A stretch of DNA of 5,690 nt, from positions 1,015 through 6,704 of the forward strand of contig CAZQEL010000029.1 of the NCBI GenBank assembly GCA_964591795.1, written 5' to 3'. Positions 5,279 to 5,690 of the stretch are shown here, piece after piece. The position numbers and the translations under genes were made by a program. This DNA comes from an uncultured archaeon (GTDB lineage: Archaea; Iainarchaeota; Iainarchaeia; Iainarchaeales; CSSED10-239). The notes below the pieces were generated by a model. That model saw nothing but the letters and a program-made list of their open reading frames with translations, made no database searches and was not told the origin of the DNA. Position 1 is the first letter of the stretch; the number at the start of each line of letters is the position of its first letter.

Positions 5279-5539
5279 TTAATATCTCCTTTTATTAGAA
5301 GTATTATGCCTTCTTCCTTTATCTTTATATGAATCTTTAATATAAGATGAATCTTCTTTTTTTAAATTTTCAAAGGTTGGTTCAGTATACCCTAGTTGTT
5401 TTAAAGCTTGATCAAATATTTTTGTAAAGCTTAGGTTATTATCTTGTACAAACTTATCTTGACTATTTGTAATCCTAATATTTATTCTAACATTTCTTCT
5501 TTCTGGAGAATAATCTCTTTTTACATCTTCTAGTTTCAT
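5279..5539 (-). CDS. Small ribbon-helix-helix DNA-binding protein, 86 aa (paralog copy 2)
   Basis: MKLEDVKRDYSPERRNVRINIRITNSQDKFVQDNNLSFTKIFDQALKQLGYTEPTFENLKKEDSSYIKDSYKDKGR.. has 68/76 identical residues with copy 1 before the tails diverge. All 8 substitutions are conservative or between polar residues (K/R, E/D, Y/F, L/I, V/N, Q/K, N/D). I place the start at ATG 5539-5537 (GTGAT + 4 nt). The tracked ATG 5572 lies inside the conserved promoter block only about 14 nt from the TATA box, and copy 1 has no ATG there (C instead of T). Confidence 0.8.
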   Translation of the reverse strand: MKLEDVKRDYSPERRNVRINIRITNSQDKFVQDNNLSFTKIFDQALKQLGYTEPTFENLKKEDSSYIKDSYKDKGRRHNTSNKRRY

Positions 5540-5624
5540 GTTTATCACGATAGGAGTCTGTTGTACATACATTAGACACAGAATATTTATAAATAGATCG
5601 GAATAGTAAAATATAATAAAGAAA
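5313..5624 (-). repeat. Direct repeat copy B (RHH CDS + 5'UTR + promoter)
   Basis: See copy A (1808-2122). Same orientation, offset 3505 nt. Confidence 0.85.
5561..5603 (-). promoter_or_regulatory. Conserved promoter/operator block of RHH copy 2 (TATA-like box 5586-5595)
   Basis: 42/43 identical to 2056-2098, with the same 47-nt TATA-to-ATG spacing and the same GTGAT SD-like element (5548-5544). Confidence 0.6.
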
Positions 5625-5690
5625 TGAAGATATTATTAGTTAAAATTAATTTATTTAAGATTATTTTCTATTCTTTTGTTTCTTAATTTA

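Noticed and set aside
5540-5572. N-terminal 11 codons of the tracked 97-aa ORF (and the GTG/ATG codons at 2035-2043 in copy 1)
   Set aside because: ATG 5572 lies inside the conserved promoter block about 14 nt from the TATA box, so it is probably upstream of the transcription start. It is also absent in copy 1 (C instead of T). Protein homology between the copies begins at MKLEDV, which is preceded by GTGAT in both.

Overview
Extremely AT-rich (by eye well under 30% GC), tightly packed prokaryotic DNA. Every gene I accept ends in TAA. Expression signals look archaeal rather than bacterial: TTTATAAATA/TTTATATA boxes sit at a fixed distance upstream of start codons, and GTGAT or GAGGT Shine-Dalgarno fragments match the archaeal 16S 3' end. 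This cannot be proven from the sequence alone. No rRNA, tRNA, CRISPR array, integrase or transposase is visible.

Layout:
(1) 1-667, + strand: the 3' end of a longer gene, followed by a stand-alone PEP-utilising 'swivel' phosphohistidine domain protein.
(2) 648-2034, - strand: a two-gene operon. A small ribbon-helix-helix (RHH) protein is followed 1 nt later by a membrane-anchored, coiled-coil protein with a transglutaminase-like Cys-protease-fold motif.
(3) 2044-5278: a cassette of ORFan-type genes.
- A 348-aa protein with an N-terminal winged-HTH.
- Divergently transcribed from it, a PIN-like nuclease whose stop overlaps (TAATG) the start of an untracked 55-aa two-TM micro-ORF, followed by a hairpin terminator.
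- Two small - strand frames, each interrupted or ended by an in-frame TAA that is followed by a long open extension. One is a CxxC...CxxC zinc-ribbon membrane protein.
(4) 5279-5624: a second copy of the RHH gene plus its promoter.

The two RHH modules are direct repeats about 3.5 kb apart. Their promoter/operator block (42/43 nt identical) is better conserved than their coding sequence.

The most likely candidates for an undescribed system are the RHH-bracketed cassette (wHTH regulator <-> PIN-like nuclease + overlapping 2-TM microprotein) and the RHH -> surface transglutaminase-like operon. All functional calls rest on motif recognition by eye, not on searches.
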